IMG/VR virus record: IMGVR_UViG_3300016263_001165
Coordinates: 1 to 38,953 of that record
Direction: 5' to 3' (one strand)
DNA: 38,953 nucleotides
Source of the DNA: a virus
Lineage: Duplodnaviria; Caudoviricetes
Under the pieces are notes generated by a model. The model did no database searches, was not told where the DNA came from, and was given only the letters and a program-made list of their open reading frames with translations. This document shows positions 16,527-25,900 of this stretch, one piece after another; position 1 is the first letter of the stretch, and every line of letters begins with the position of its first letter. The position numbers and the translations under genes were made by a program.

Positions 16527-17354
16527 ATGGAATACGACACGAAACTTCGGCGAATCTATATTCGCCAATCTTGGTTGGGGGATGTTCTGATTTGTCCCGA
16601 GCGGGCGCGTTTGGGGGTCTTGTATCCCGAGCGTCGCGGTGCGACAGATGCGACCATTCTCGGGACTGCCGTACATTCGGCGATAGAACACTGGCTCGGT
16701 TCACCAAAGCCCGACTTCTCGGAGACGGTCGCCGCAGGCGTGTCCGACTGGCGACGGTTGGCGAACGAACCGTACCGCCAGTCGTCTGGCATAAACCCCG
16801 ATTCGGTGCCTCGTCTGATTGAGTCTATGACTCTGGCTTTCGTTGAGCAAATCGCGCCACAGGTTGAGGTCGGTGGCGAAACCGAATACAAGTTCGCGGT
16901 GCCGACGGGAATCGTGATTGACGGGTGGGAGGTGTACCTGAAGGGCACGATGGATTATATTACGCCTCACGGCGTAATCTGGGACTGGAAAACCGCGAAG
17001 CGTTCCTACAGCCAGAAAGACAAGCAGGCGCACTCCGTTCAGGCATCCGTTTATGCTTGGGCTGGCGGTCTGCTCGGCAAGGTGTACGACAAGGACAGGG
17101 TGGATTTCCGTTTCGGTGTAATGCTGAGACAGGAGAAGCCCAAAGGTCAGGTCGTTCAGGTAATCCGAACCGCTGAGCATCGCCAGTGGCTGTCCGACCA
17201 AATTCGGTCGGTGGTCACTATGGCGCACAAACTGGATGTGTCACAGCCGTGGCTAAAGAATGACCAAGGCAATTTGTGTTCGGCAAAATGGTGCGACCAC
17301 TGGGCTTCGTGCAAGGGCGCGTTCATCAAAGACGAACCCGAAAGCGACGAGTAG
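16527..17354 (+). CDS. PD-(D/E)XK exonuclease, RecB/AddB/Cas4-like
   Basis: GTAVHSAIE, E...GTMD...DWKT, Q...Y, and one N-terminal plus three C-terminal Cys (possible Fe-S ligands). Confidence 0.85.
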   Translation: MEYDTKLRRIYIRQSWLGDVLICPERARLGVLYPERRGATDATILGTAVHSAIEHWLGSPKPDFSETVAAGVSDWRRLANEPYRQSSGINPDSVPRLIESMTLAFVEQIAPQVEVGGETEYKFAVPTGIVIDGWEVYLKGTMDYITPHGVIWDWKTAKRSYSQKDKQAHSVQASVYAWAGGLLGKVYDKDRVDFRFGVMLRQEKPKGQVVQVIRTAEHRQWLSDQIRSVVTMAHKLDVSQPWLKNDQGNLCSAKWCDHWASCKGAFIKDEPESDE

Positions 17355-17518
17355 TCCACCATTCGCTCCGTGTCTCCGCTAGAATGTTCCAAGATGTCAA
17401 GGCTCCCCGAGTCCCATATGCGTTCTTGTGTGGCGTTGTGGGCGACCTCCCTCGGGGAGCCGACTTGTAATACCGCAATACCTAATACAACCAACAAACA
17501 GCACCTAGGAGGTGTGAA

Positions 17519-17971
17519 ATGACAATCAGCAAAGACCAATCCATCATCACGCAGGTCGCGGCGAAAATCGCCGCGGACTTGACTCCCAAGACCGAGGATG
17601 TGAACAAGAATGTCGCCGACTTCTTGGTCGCGTTTGAGGTCACCACGGAGGCGTTGCTGAAGGCTCACGGGATGACCGCGATTACGGACGAACAGCAGTT
17701 CACCGAAGCGGTCACTCAGGTGTTCGGCGAACCCGCTCCTGCGCCAGTGGTTCAGATGCCCGCAGTCGCTCAGCCGACCGCTGGCTTCACTGTCCGCATC
17801 AAGGGTCGCCAGCACGGACCTGTGCCCGACTGGCTCGCTCCTGCCTGTATGGCGAAAGGCGTGACCGAGGTGTGGGACAACCGTGACCGCCTCGCCGAGA
17901 ACCCGAAGCGACCGTGGTTCAAGTCCACAACCAGCGAGGATGCGTTCTGGGCACCTAGGAAACGAGGGTAG
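17519..17971 (+). CDS. Putative ssDNA-binding protein
   Basis: C-terminal VWDNR...NPKRPWFK motif; sits between the exonuclease and the helicase. Confidence 0.5.
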   Translation: MTISKDQSIITQVAAKIAADLTPKTEDVNKNVADFLVAFEVTTEALLKAHGMTAITDEQQFTEAVTQVFGEPAPAPVVQMPAVAQPTAGFTVRIKGRQHGPVPDWLAPACMAKGVTEVWDNRDRLAENPKRPWFKSTTSEDAFWAPRKRG

Positions 17972-17974
17972 TCC

Positions 17975-19063
17975 GTGGCTCCCGATTATTCGGGACGCTG
18001 GGCATCGTTGGGACGGGGAGAGAACCTCCCCGTCCCCGACGCTATTATGCCGTCCCACCAGTACTACAAGCCGCTGGTTTCGGCTGCGGACGAGTTCGTC
18101 CACTGGGCGCAGTCACCCGAGGAGCGCGTATATTTGGGTTTCCCCGAGATTGACGCACAGATGCGCGGCATTGCGCCGTCGGAACTTTGCCTCATAAACG
18201 GCTACAGCCACTCTGGCAAAACCCTGTTTCTGATGCAGATTCTCAACACGAACAAAGCCAAACCCGTAATCTATTTCTGTCCCGACGAACCGCGCCAACT
18301 GACGCTCATCAAACTCGCGTGCGTCACGCACGGCGTTGATGCGAATATGTTGGAGCAGGAGGTCGCCGAAGGTAGGTCTCACGCGATTGAGTTGTTGCGC
18401 CAGACCGCCACCAAGGATTATCCGAATCTCGCGGTCTTTGACCAAACTATGTCACTCGCCGATATGGAGCGTGCGTTGTCTGAAGTCAGGGATATGTGGG
18501 GTCAGCCGTCCCTGATGGTGTTTGATTATCTGGAGTTGCTGACTGGCGGTGGCGAGGATGTGCCGTCCAAGGCGAACACGCTGAAAGCGTTTGGCAAACG
18601 GCACAATATACCGTTGCTGGTTCTCCACCAGTCGTCGCGCACCGCAGGTGCGGACGGGCGCAGACAGACCATCTCGTCTGGTGCGTACGGCGGCGAGCAG
18701 CAGGCGACCCACATAATCGGTGTGCGACGCAAACGGTTTGAGATTGAGGCGCAGATTCGGGAGATTGAGGAGAAGTTGGACAAGTCCAGCAACTCCGAGC
18801 GTCTGCTGGAACGGTTGGATACGCTCAAATGGTCGCATCGCATCCATCAGCACACGCTGACGGTGAACCTTGTCAAGTGCAAGCGTCCCGCGTCGGTGTT
18901 GTTGGACGATATGGATTATGAGATTGAGTTCGGCACGGGGCGACTGAACCGTCTGCCCGACCATCATCTGCCCAACGGCTTCACCGCGGTGGATGCACCT
19001 ATCGCATCGCCACCAGTTGCCGACCAGCCCAAACTAGAAATGGCGAATATGGAGGATTGGTGA
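17975..19063 (+). CDS. DnaB/RecA-fold replicative helicase
   Basis: Walker A GYSHSGKT, Walker B VFDYLELL, LVLHQ, GEQQA, and VKCKR. Confidence 0.85.
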   Translation: MAPDYSGRWASLGRGENLPVPDAIMPSHQYYKPLVSAADEFVHWAQSPEERVYLGFPEIDAQMRGIAPSELCLINGYSHSGKTLFLMQILNTNKAKPVIYFCPDEPRQLTLIKLACVTHGVDANMLEQEVAEGRSHAIELLRQTATKDYPNLAVFDQTMSLADMERALSEVRDMWGQPSLMVFDYLELLTGGGEDVPSKANTLKAFGKRHNIPLLVLHQSSRTAGADGRRQTISSGAYGGEQQATHIIGVRRKRFEIEAQIREIEEKLDKSSNSERLLERLDTLKWSHRIHQHTLTVNLVKCKRPASVLLDDMDYEIEFGTGRLNRLPDHHLPNGFTAVDAPIASPPVADQPKLEMANMEDW

Positions 19064-19965
19064 TGAACGCGCCGTTGATTGATTCTCGTTTCGCTTCCCT
19101 GTTCAGGGGGCGTACCGACGCTTACGGCTCCGAGGAGGGTGGCTGTGTCAAGCAGTCGGTCACGACCGAACTGTTCACTGCGCACCTGTTGGGTGCCGCG
19201 CCCATCGGCATATATCCGCTGTACCAGTCGCGTGGCGAGTGGATGTGCGTGTGGGGCTGTTCCGATATTGATGTGGACGACATAAACGCAGCCATATCCA
19301 TCAAGGAGGCGTTGGCTGCCGCGGGCGTACACTCATTCATTGAGCGTTCGCGTTCCAAAGGCTACCATATTTGGGTCTTTGCCGAGGCACCCGTGCTGGC
19401 TAAACATATGCGTCGGATGCTGTTGTGCGCGCATCAGGTCGCGGATTATCCCGCTCGCGAGGTGAACCCGAAGCAGGAGACGCTCAACGACGGGCAATAC
19501 GGCAACTATGTCCGTCTGCCGTATTGGAACGCTGACGACGACGAGGCGATTCATCGCCGTGTACTCAGGGACGACCTGACCGTTATGCCCATCGCCGAGT
19601 TCGTCGGCGCGGCTTACGCCACCAAAACCCCGCCAGAACTGATTATAAAACTGTCTGGGTTGTGGAAGCAACCAGCACCACAGCGCACCATTCCGATTGA
19701 CCTGAAAGTCACCGAGTCGCTGGCTGATGCCCTGCTCGGGTTGTCTCCGCTCGGCAAGGTCATCTGGCGCGACGGTCCGCTCCCCGAGCGTGACCGCTCC
19801 AGCACGCTCACCAAACTGGCGTACGAATGCGCCAAGTCAGGTATGTCCCCGTCCGAGTGCAAGGTCGTACTCGTGGACGCAGACAAACGGTGGGGCAAAT
19901 ACCATCTCCGCGCCAACGGCGAGTTGGAGATTGACAAACTCGTGGTCAGGGTGTTCTCGCGATGA
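19063..19965 (+). CDS. Archaeo-eukaryotic primase (AEP) family primase/prim-pol
   Basis: DIDVD, SRSKGYH, GNYVRLPY, and a C-terminal DRS helical domain. Confidence 0.85.
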   Translation: MNAPLIDSRFASLFRGRTDAYGSEEGGCVKQSVTTELFTAHLLGAAPIGIYPLYQSRGEWMCVWGCSDIDVDDINAAISIKEALAAAGVHSFIERSRSKGYHIWVFAEAPVLAKHMRRMLLCAHQVADYPAREVNPKQETLNDGQYGNYVRLPYWNADDDEAIHRRVLRDDLTVMPIAEFVGAAYATKTPPELIIKLSGLWKQPAPQRTIPIDLKVTESLADALLGLSPLGKVIWRDGPLPERDRSSTLTKLAYECAKSGMSPSECKVVLVDADKRWGKYHLRANGELEIDKLVVRVFSR

Positions 19966-20183
19966 TGCCGTACATCCTGAGCATAATCGGAGTCACCGCC
20001 CTGTGGCTCATCGGACGCAAACTCTGGTGGGGTTGGGCACTGGCTTGGGGGAACGAATGCCTGTGGGTCGCATTCGCAATATCCACACAGCAACACGGTT
20101 TCATACTCGGCTCCGTCGTGTATGGCACCATCAATATGGCTAACGCCATTGTCTGGAGAAAACAAAGTGCCCAAAAAAGATAA
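19962..20183 (+). CDS. Small membrane protein (PnuC-like pattern)
   Basis: Three short hydrophobic segments; KLWWGW, LWV.F, Q.GF. Confidence 0.6.
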   Translation: MMPYILSIIGVTALWLIGRKLWWGWALAWGNECLWVAFAISTQQHGFILGSVVYGTINMANAIVWRKQSAQKR

Positions 20184-20541
20184 GAACCAGCAGGCGTTTC
20201 TGGACGGGATATCGGTGTTCATACCGCATAAACCCGTCCCGAAAGGTCGCCCGAGGATGACGCGCCGCGGGCGCGTCTTTACACCCAAACGCACACTGGA
20301 TGCCGAGGCACTGGTCGCACAAGCGTGGGGAGACAACCCGAAGTTCACGGGCACGGTCGGGGTCGTGATGATTCTCGGGAGCGACGGCACGGTCGTCACC
20401 GTGTTCCCGCACGAAGCCGAGAAACAAACCTTGCGCGGAGACATAGACAACTATGTCAAGACGATTATGGACGGTCTCAACGGCAGGGCGTGGGACGACG
20501 ACAAGCAAGTCACCTATCTGGTGGCGGAGAAGGGTGCGTGA
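20167..20541 (+). CDS. rusA: RusA-like Holliday junction resolvase
   Basis: PVPKGRPR, DIDNYVK.IMDGLNG.AW.DDKQV. Confidence 0.9.
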   Translation: MPKKDKNQQAFLDGISVFIPHKPVPKGRPRMTRRGRVFTPKRTLDAEALVAQAWGDNPKFTGTVGVVMILGSDGTVVTVFPHEAEKQTLRGDIDNYVKTIMDGLNGRAWDDDKQVTYLVAEKGA

Positions 20542-20993
20542 TGGGCAAGTTCTCCGAATATGACCTGCCGTCGCGCAGGTTTGATTTCCAGAAAGATTTG
20601 GCGTTCGGCAAGAAAGGCGAGAAACTTGTCTCCGATTTCTTGGATGCCGTGGGCAGTGGCGCGTTTGAGGTCAAGACCGACAGGTACCGCAACGGGCGTA
20701 TGGTGATTGAGATGGAGCAGAATCCGCGCCGTAAAGGCGTGTGGATTCCCTCGGGTTTGCAGGTCACTGAAGCGAAGTGGTGGGTGTATGTGTTCTCGCT
20801 GGACGGCGCGTTCATAATGGTGTCCGTCCCGCGCATCAAGCGGTACATCGCGCAGCGACAATTGGGCGAGAAGGATTACAAGGAGTTTGCGCGAGGTTCG
20901 CAAAACCCCTCACGGGGATTCTTGTTGGAGGCTGAACAGGTCGTTGATTTGATGACCAGCCCCGATTATGACGAACCCGACGATGAAGTATGA
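20541..20993 (+). CDS. PD-(D/E)XK-like nuclease
   Basis: DL.FG..GE, FEVKTD, SGL.VT.AKWW. Confidence 0.6.
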   Translation: MGKFSEYDLPSRRFDFQKDLAFGKKGEKLVSDFLDAVGSGAFEVKTDRYRNGRMVIEMEQNPRRKGVWIPSGLQVTEAKWWVYVFSLDGAFIMVSVPRIKRYIAQRQLGEKDYKEFARGSQNPSRGFLLEAEQVVDLMTSPDYDEPDDEV

Positions 20994-21306
20994 CCCCAAA
21001 GCACCCGTAGGGAGGGATTTCTTTGAGCGGTTGATGCAACCGTTCGCCTCCGAGGAGGACGACACCGACTGGGAACTCGTGGACATTGTTGCCGCGTCGT
21101 TTGATAAACTGGACGACGATGACAAAGAAGTTCTTTACGAAGTGTTCTACTTCCGCAACACCTACGAGGAAACCGCCGAGAACATCGGCATCAAAGCAAA
21201 GTCTCACGCTTGGCGCAAAACGCACCGAGCATTGGGAAACCTCCGCAACAATCTCGTTGCGGACGACAACTTCAGGAGAAAATATGGTCACAAATACTTG
21301 GAATGA
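20968..21306 (+). CDS. Sigma-70 region-4-like HTH protein (possible late transcription factor)
   Basis: L..DDKEVL...TYEETAENIG...AWRK.HRAL.NLR. Confidence 0.55.
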   Translation: MTNPTMKYDPKAPVGRDFFERLMQPFASEEDDTDWELVDIVAASFDKLDDDDKEVLYEVFYFRNTYEETAENIGIKAKSHAWRKTHRALGNLRNNLVADDNFRRKYGHKYLE

Positions 21307-21784
21307 TGCCTGCGCTGATGCGCTGGCATCCATCAGGCAACTGAACAAAACCGAACCGATGCACGAGAAAGGGTCGCATTCGTTCACGGGCATAAACAAC
21401 CTGCTCGGCGAGTTCGTCCGTGAAGGTCGCAGTCATACCGAGATTGCGGTCAGCGCGATGTGCGGTGCCGCCGTAATCGCCATCCGCACCTTGGGGGCTG
21501 TGGGGCATCCCGTGGACTACGAGGACCTGCACAGCCTGTTGTGCCGAAAGCAGCACGATTACGGGCACAAGAACATTGACAACTTCGGTTTGATTGGGGT
21601 CGCAGTCCGCATCTGCGACAAGATGGCGCGAGCAGAAAACCTGCTGAAACGCGACAGCAACGCAGTCAAGGACGAAACCGTCGCAGACACCTATCTGGAT
21701 ATAATCGGCTACGCCGTGATTGCGTTGATGCTCCAAAACGAAACTTTCTATCTGGAACTAGAGGACAGGGATTATGTCCGATAA
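21284..21784 (+). CDS. Nucleotide-modification-associated domain protein (DUF1599/Nmad1-like, all-alpha NTP pyrophosphatase fold)
   Basis: KQHDYG, RI.DK.AR..NL, DETV.DT.LDIIGYA. Confidence 0.7.
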   Translation: MVTNTWNDACADALASIRQLNKTEPMHEKGSHSFTGINNLLGEFVREGRSHTEIAVSAMCGAAVIAIRTLGAVGHPVDYEDLHSLLCRKQHDYGHKNIDNFGLIGVAVRICDKMARAENLLKRDSNAVKDETVADTYLDIIGYAVIALMLQNETFYLELEDRDYVR

Positions 21785-21974
21785 GTATGGGCAGACAGGC
21801 AAGGCGTACACGCTCGGGAACGCCCAACTCAAAGTTGATGACGAGTTCGTTCTCGCGACAATCCTCGCCGTCGTCGGACTGTTGTCCGCCAGCATCCCCG
21901 ACTTTGACACCAACACGGCAGCAACGGCAGCAAGGATTTATGAGCAACTCAAACAGCAAACCCCAAGTACCTGA
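21774..21974 (+). CDS. Hypothetical protein
   Basis: Overlapping packed ORF. Confidence 0.45.
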   Translation: MSDKYGQTGKAYTLGNAQLKVDDEFVLATILAVVGLLSASIPDFDTNTAATAARIYEQLKQQTPST

Positions 21975-22134
21975 ATGTTTCGTGGCAGATTTGGACATTT
22001 TCTCCGCAGTTTTGGACGCACTCATAGCCGAAGCAAAGCCCGCACTGCCTATGGCAAGGGTCGCCGACTTGGAGCAAGCCAAACTCGGTATCGTCGCCTT
22101 GAAGAAACACCGCGAAAGAAACCAACAATTATGA
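21940..22134 (+). CDS. Hypothetical protein
   Basis: AAGGA before ATG 21940; ATGA overlap with the next gene. Confidence 0.45.
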   Translation: MSNSNSKPQVPECFVADLDIFSAVLDALIAEAKPALPMARVADLEQAKLGIVALKKHRERNQQL

Positions 22135-22391
22135 CCCCGACACCCGACGACGACAAGTTCCGCCCCGAGGACTTGGCAGAGATGTCAGCCAGATTCTCTG
22201 GGCTGATTCGCGACGCAGACCAAGGCTATGTTATGGAGTTCGTCATCAGCCGAGCGGACGCACGCGAAATAACACAAATATGGGACGCTGCTTGCGCAGG
22301 CGACCAACTCGCCATCCATATGTCTTTCAACGAATTCGGCAAGATTATGCGCGAACTGAAACGCGCCCTGAAACGCGACGACGACGACTAA
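22131..22391 (+). CDS. Hypothetical protein (last plus-strand gene)
   Basis: Coupled start; ends at the convergence point with the late genes. Confidence 0.55.
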   Translation: MTPTPDDDKFRPEDLAEMSARFSGLIRDADQGYVMEFVISRADAREITQIWDAACAGDQLAIHMSFNEFGKIMRELKRALKRDDDD

Positions 22392-22478
22392 TCGTCGTCA
22401 TCCTCGTCGTCCTCCAACCTGTCGCAGTACACATCCCGCTGCTTGGGGATAGTTCTGTCCTTCAGGCAGTGACAGACG

Positions 22479-22958
22479 CTAGCCGAGTCGTTCATCAACA
22501 CGCTTGTCGTTGCCCCAGTCCGTCTTGGTCGTCTCAATATGCAGCCACCGCGCCCACGAGGCACCCATCTCGTTTTTCTTGGCTTGCGGCTTCCAGCCGC
22601 GCTTGCCGTCCTCGCGCACCGAACGCCAAATACTGCACCCATAATAGTCGTGGATTGCCTGAATCCCGAGTTCCTCCGAGTTCTCCACCAGCCACGGCAA
22701 CACCTCGTCCACGACCCGCTGACGGTGCCCCACCGTGTCACCGTATCTCCAGTCCAACGCGGCACCGAACGAGTGTGAACTCGGCGAGGTGCCGTGCCTG
22801 ATGGGACGCTTCGCGAATATGCCGACATTCGTCCCACCCCACCGCTTTATCAGCGCATCAACCAACGCCCGCAAATTCGGCGACTCCGAACGAAACCGAA
22901 CATAATCCGTTTTCTTGGCTCGCTGCCAATCATAAAAATTCGCCTTGTTCTCACTCAT
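22479..22958 (-). CDS. Zn peptidoglycan peptidase (M15/Hedgehog-DD-peptidase fold), probable endolysin
   Basis: R...SSHSFGAALD ... WLHIE (H-x6-D...H zinc ligands). Confidence 0.75.
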   Translation of the reverse strand: MSENKANFYDWQRAKKTDYVRFRSESPNLRALVDALIKRWGGTNVGIFAKRPIRHGTSPSSHSFGAALDWRYGDTVGHRQRVVDEVLPWLVENSEELGIQAIHDYYGCSIWRSVREDGKRGWKPQAKKNEMGASWARWLHIETTKTDWGNDKRVDERLG

Positions 22959-25900
22959 CTCCAGCCACCTTTATCGGGTTTTCTTCTACTTCTTGGGCAC
23001 GCCGTTCCTTCGCAGCCTGCTCACGCTCCCGCTTCTTGCGGTCAGCAATCTCCCTCTTGACCGCCTTGTACTCGGGAGAATTCTTGCCATATTTGCTTTC
23101 AGCCGCCTGCAACTTCGCGTTGTCGCTCGCTTCCTGCAACCGCGCCTTCTCTTTCTTGTCCGCAGCCTCACGCGCAGACGCGCGGGACTTGGCACCCTTC
23201 TGCCGTTCGCGCTCCACCTTCGCATACGACTGCTGACCTTGGTTGAACTCATCCGCTGTCGGAATCAAACCCAACTTCGCCAACATACTCGTATAATCAC
23301 CCAAATTGAACTTGCGACCAATCAACTCGGTGCCCTTCATACGCTCCGTCACAAAATCAATCGGCAAACCAAAATACGAGGCGATAGCCGCGTTCTGCCT
23401 GTCCAAATACGACTCCTTGCCGCCAAACCTGCCGCCAGTAATGCGTTGCAACTGCGCAACCAAAGGAAACAAATTGCCGACCGCATAAGACGGAAAATCC
23501 TTTATCATTCTCCGCTCCTCGCCGTCAGCGGTACGAACCATCGGCGCACTCTCGGGAGTCACCAGCGACCACAACTCCGCCGTCACCTTGTCTATGCCGA
23601 CTGGTTCCCGCAACTGCTCCCTGAACGGAATACCAGTCTGCAACTGCTCCTGTGCCATAGCCTCAAAAGGCAACTTGTACAACGGGAATGATTGACCCGC
23701 CAACCCCTGCGGGGTGGTAAACGACTGCATAGTTTTCATCAAACGCTGATGCGGCAGGTCGGGACGCAGGATTATGTCGGGGCGACCGAACCGAGCCAAA
23801 GACATCGCCTCCTGCTCCTTCATCCAGTTCGGCATCAAACTCGTGTCGTCCGCAGGTAGCGACTGTTGCAGGTTCTCCCAATATGCGTACGCCTGCGGAC
23901 GCATCCACTGGTTAGCCAACTGGTTCGGAATGTTCCGCGTCGTCCAAATCCAGAACGGAACGAACTGCATAAACGCCCTGTCCGCATCCGACAAATCGCT
24001 GTAATTGAAATGGTAACGGGTGACCAACTGTGCCGCCCCCACATAATCGTCCCCGTCCTGAATCGCTTTCAACGCCAGCGGGAACCGCACCGCATCCTCC
24101 ACTCGGCTGTTGCTGCCTTGAATGAATCTCGTGTAGTGGTTGTTCACCACATAATCCAAAGCCTTTTCGCGGCGTGTGCCGCGAACCACGGGGCTGGAGA
24201 ATATTTCCGTGTACAACCCGCGGCGACCACTGGCTTCCACAGCCAACATCGCCTGCTGGAATTGTTCGCGCCGCGCACCAGTCAAACCCATTTCGTCCAA
24301 CCATCTGCCCGCACCGTACTTGTTGTAATACCACATCGCCTTCCAGCCGTCCTCCATCTGCTGCGGAGACACGCCAGCCACACCGTTCATAAACAACGCG
24401 CTGTACAGGTTGCGAACCACATAGCCGACGGTTCCCAGCGCATAGGTTTTCATAAACTTGTTCAGATAGTTGGCACCAGCCCGCAATCTGGGCAGATTTT
24501 TCGGCTCCAACAACTTCGCGATGTTCGGTTTCCACACATTCAGAATTTCCTCGGGAACCTGAACACCCAGCCCAGCGATAGCCTCCCACCCCTCCAACAC
24601 CCGTTCGTCCACGCCAGCCATAATCGCGCCGAATCTTCCGTCAGCCAAAGCATCCACTTCGCCTCGCGCGAACGCCGCCGCCTCCTCGGCGGTAGCCAGA
24701 TTCCATTCGTCAAACTGCGACAACTGCATCAACCGCTCGTACGAGTTGCGAATCGCAGGGTCGTCAATCAACGAAGTTGATTTGACCGCCTTCTGCACAT
24801 CCGACAACCACGCACCCACAATCTCCGCGCTGGCACCCGCGGGCGGCATAGACGCAATCGCGTCAATCGCCGCAGAAATCTCCTCGCGCACCACCATACC
24901 CGTCCCCATATCCCAAGCCGACAACGCGCTGGCTTCGTCAAACAACACCCGCAAACGGTCACGGTTCTCCATCAACTTTGCTTCCGTGCCGCGCAAAGTC
25001 AAACCGCCCTCTTTCAGAGCCGCCTTCTCCCGCATCAAAGTGCGCTCCATATTCGCCCTGAAACGCTGCTCGGAGGCAGTCAAGGCATTCAAGTCCTTGT
25101 CAATCTGAGCCAAAGTCATATTCCGTTTGGTGCCGTCCGCAAACACGATTTCCCGCGGCAGATTACGGGCACCTTCCGCTTTCTCGCGGGCAAGATTAGC
25201 CGCGTTCTTGCGTCGCGTCGCCGCAGCCTTCAGAGACCGTTTACGGTTCTGTAGATTGACCAACTCCTGCTTCAACGCCGTCGTCGTGTCATCAATCTCC
25301 GCTTTACGGCTCGCCAACTCGTTCAGTTTTCCTCGCGCGGCACCAGCAGCCGTCTCCGCATCCGTGCGAATCAACGCCTGCACCAGCGGACTGGACGAAT
25401 CCTGAACGGCTCCAGTCAAAGAGTCCGTCGCCTGAAGGCGCACGGACGGTCCCAGCAACACCACAACATCGTCCGCCTCGGCGGCATCATCAAACAACTT
25501 CGCTGGCAACAACACGCCCTTGGCGGTGTTGTTTGCCGCCGCAGCATCGGCAACATACCCGATTGCGCCATCAACCATCTGACGCGCCACATAATCCGCG
25601 TTGTCCACATTCGCCCTGACAAGCAAACCAGTGGTGATGTCCACATATTGCTCATAAATCTCTTTCATCAAACCCGACTCCCCATAGGGGATGATTTCGC
25701 GGTTCGTGTTGCCCTTCATCAACATCACCAAATCCGCGACCTCTGGGAATGCTTGTTCCAGTTCGGGGTCCAACGGCAATCCGACACGCACCGCATCCAA
25801 CGCATCCTGCAACGGCTCGGGATTCAACCCGAGCAACTGCATTTGCTCAACCAACCCGTCACCGAAATCGTTGTATCCGAATGTTCGGGTCACACCCCCA

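Noticed and set aside
16527-17354. CRISPR-Cas system (Cas4-like protein)
   Set aside because: No repeat-spacer array or other cas genes were seen, and stand-alone Cas4-like exonucleases are common in phage replication modules.
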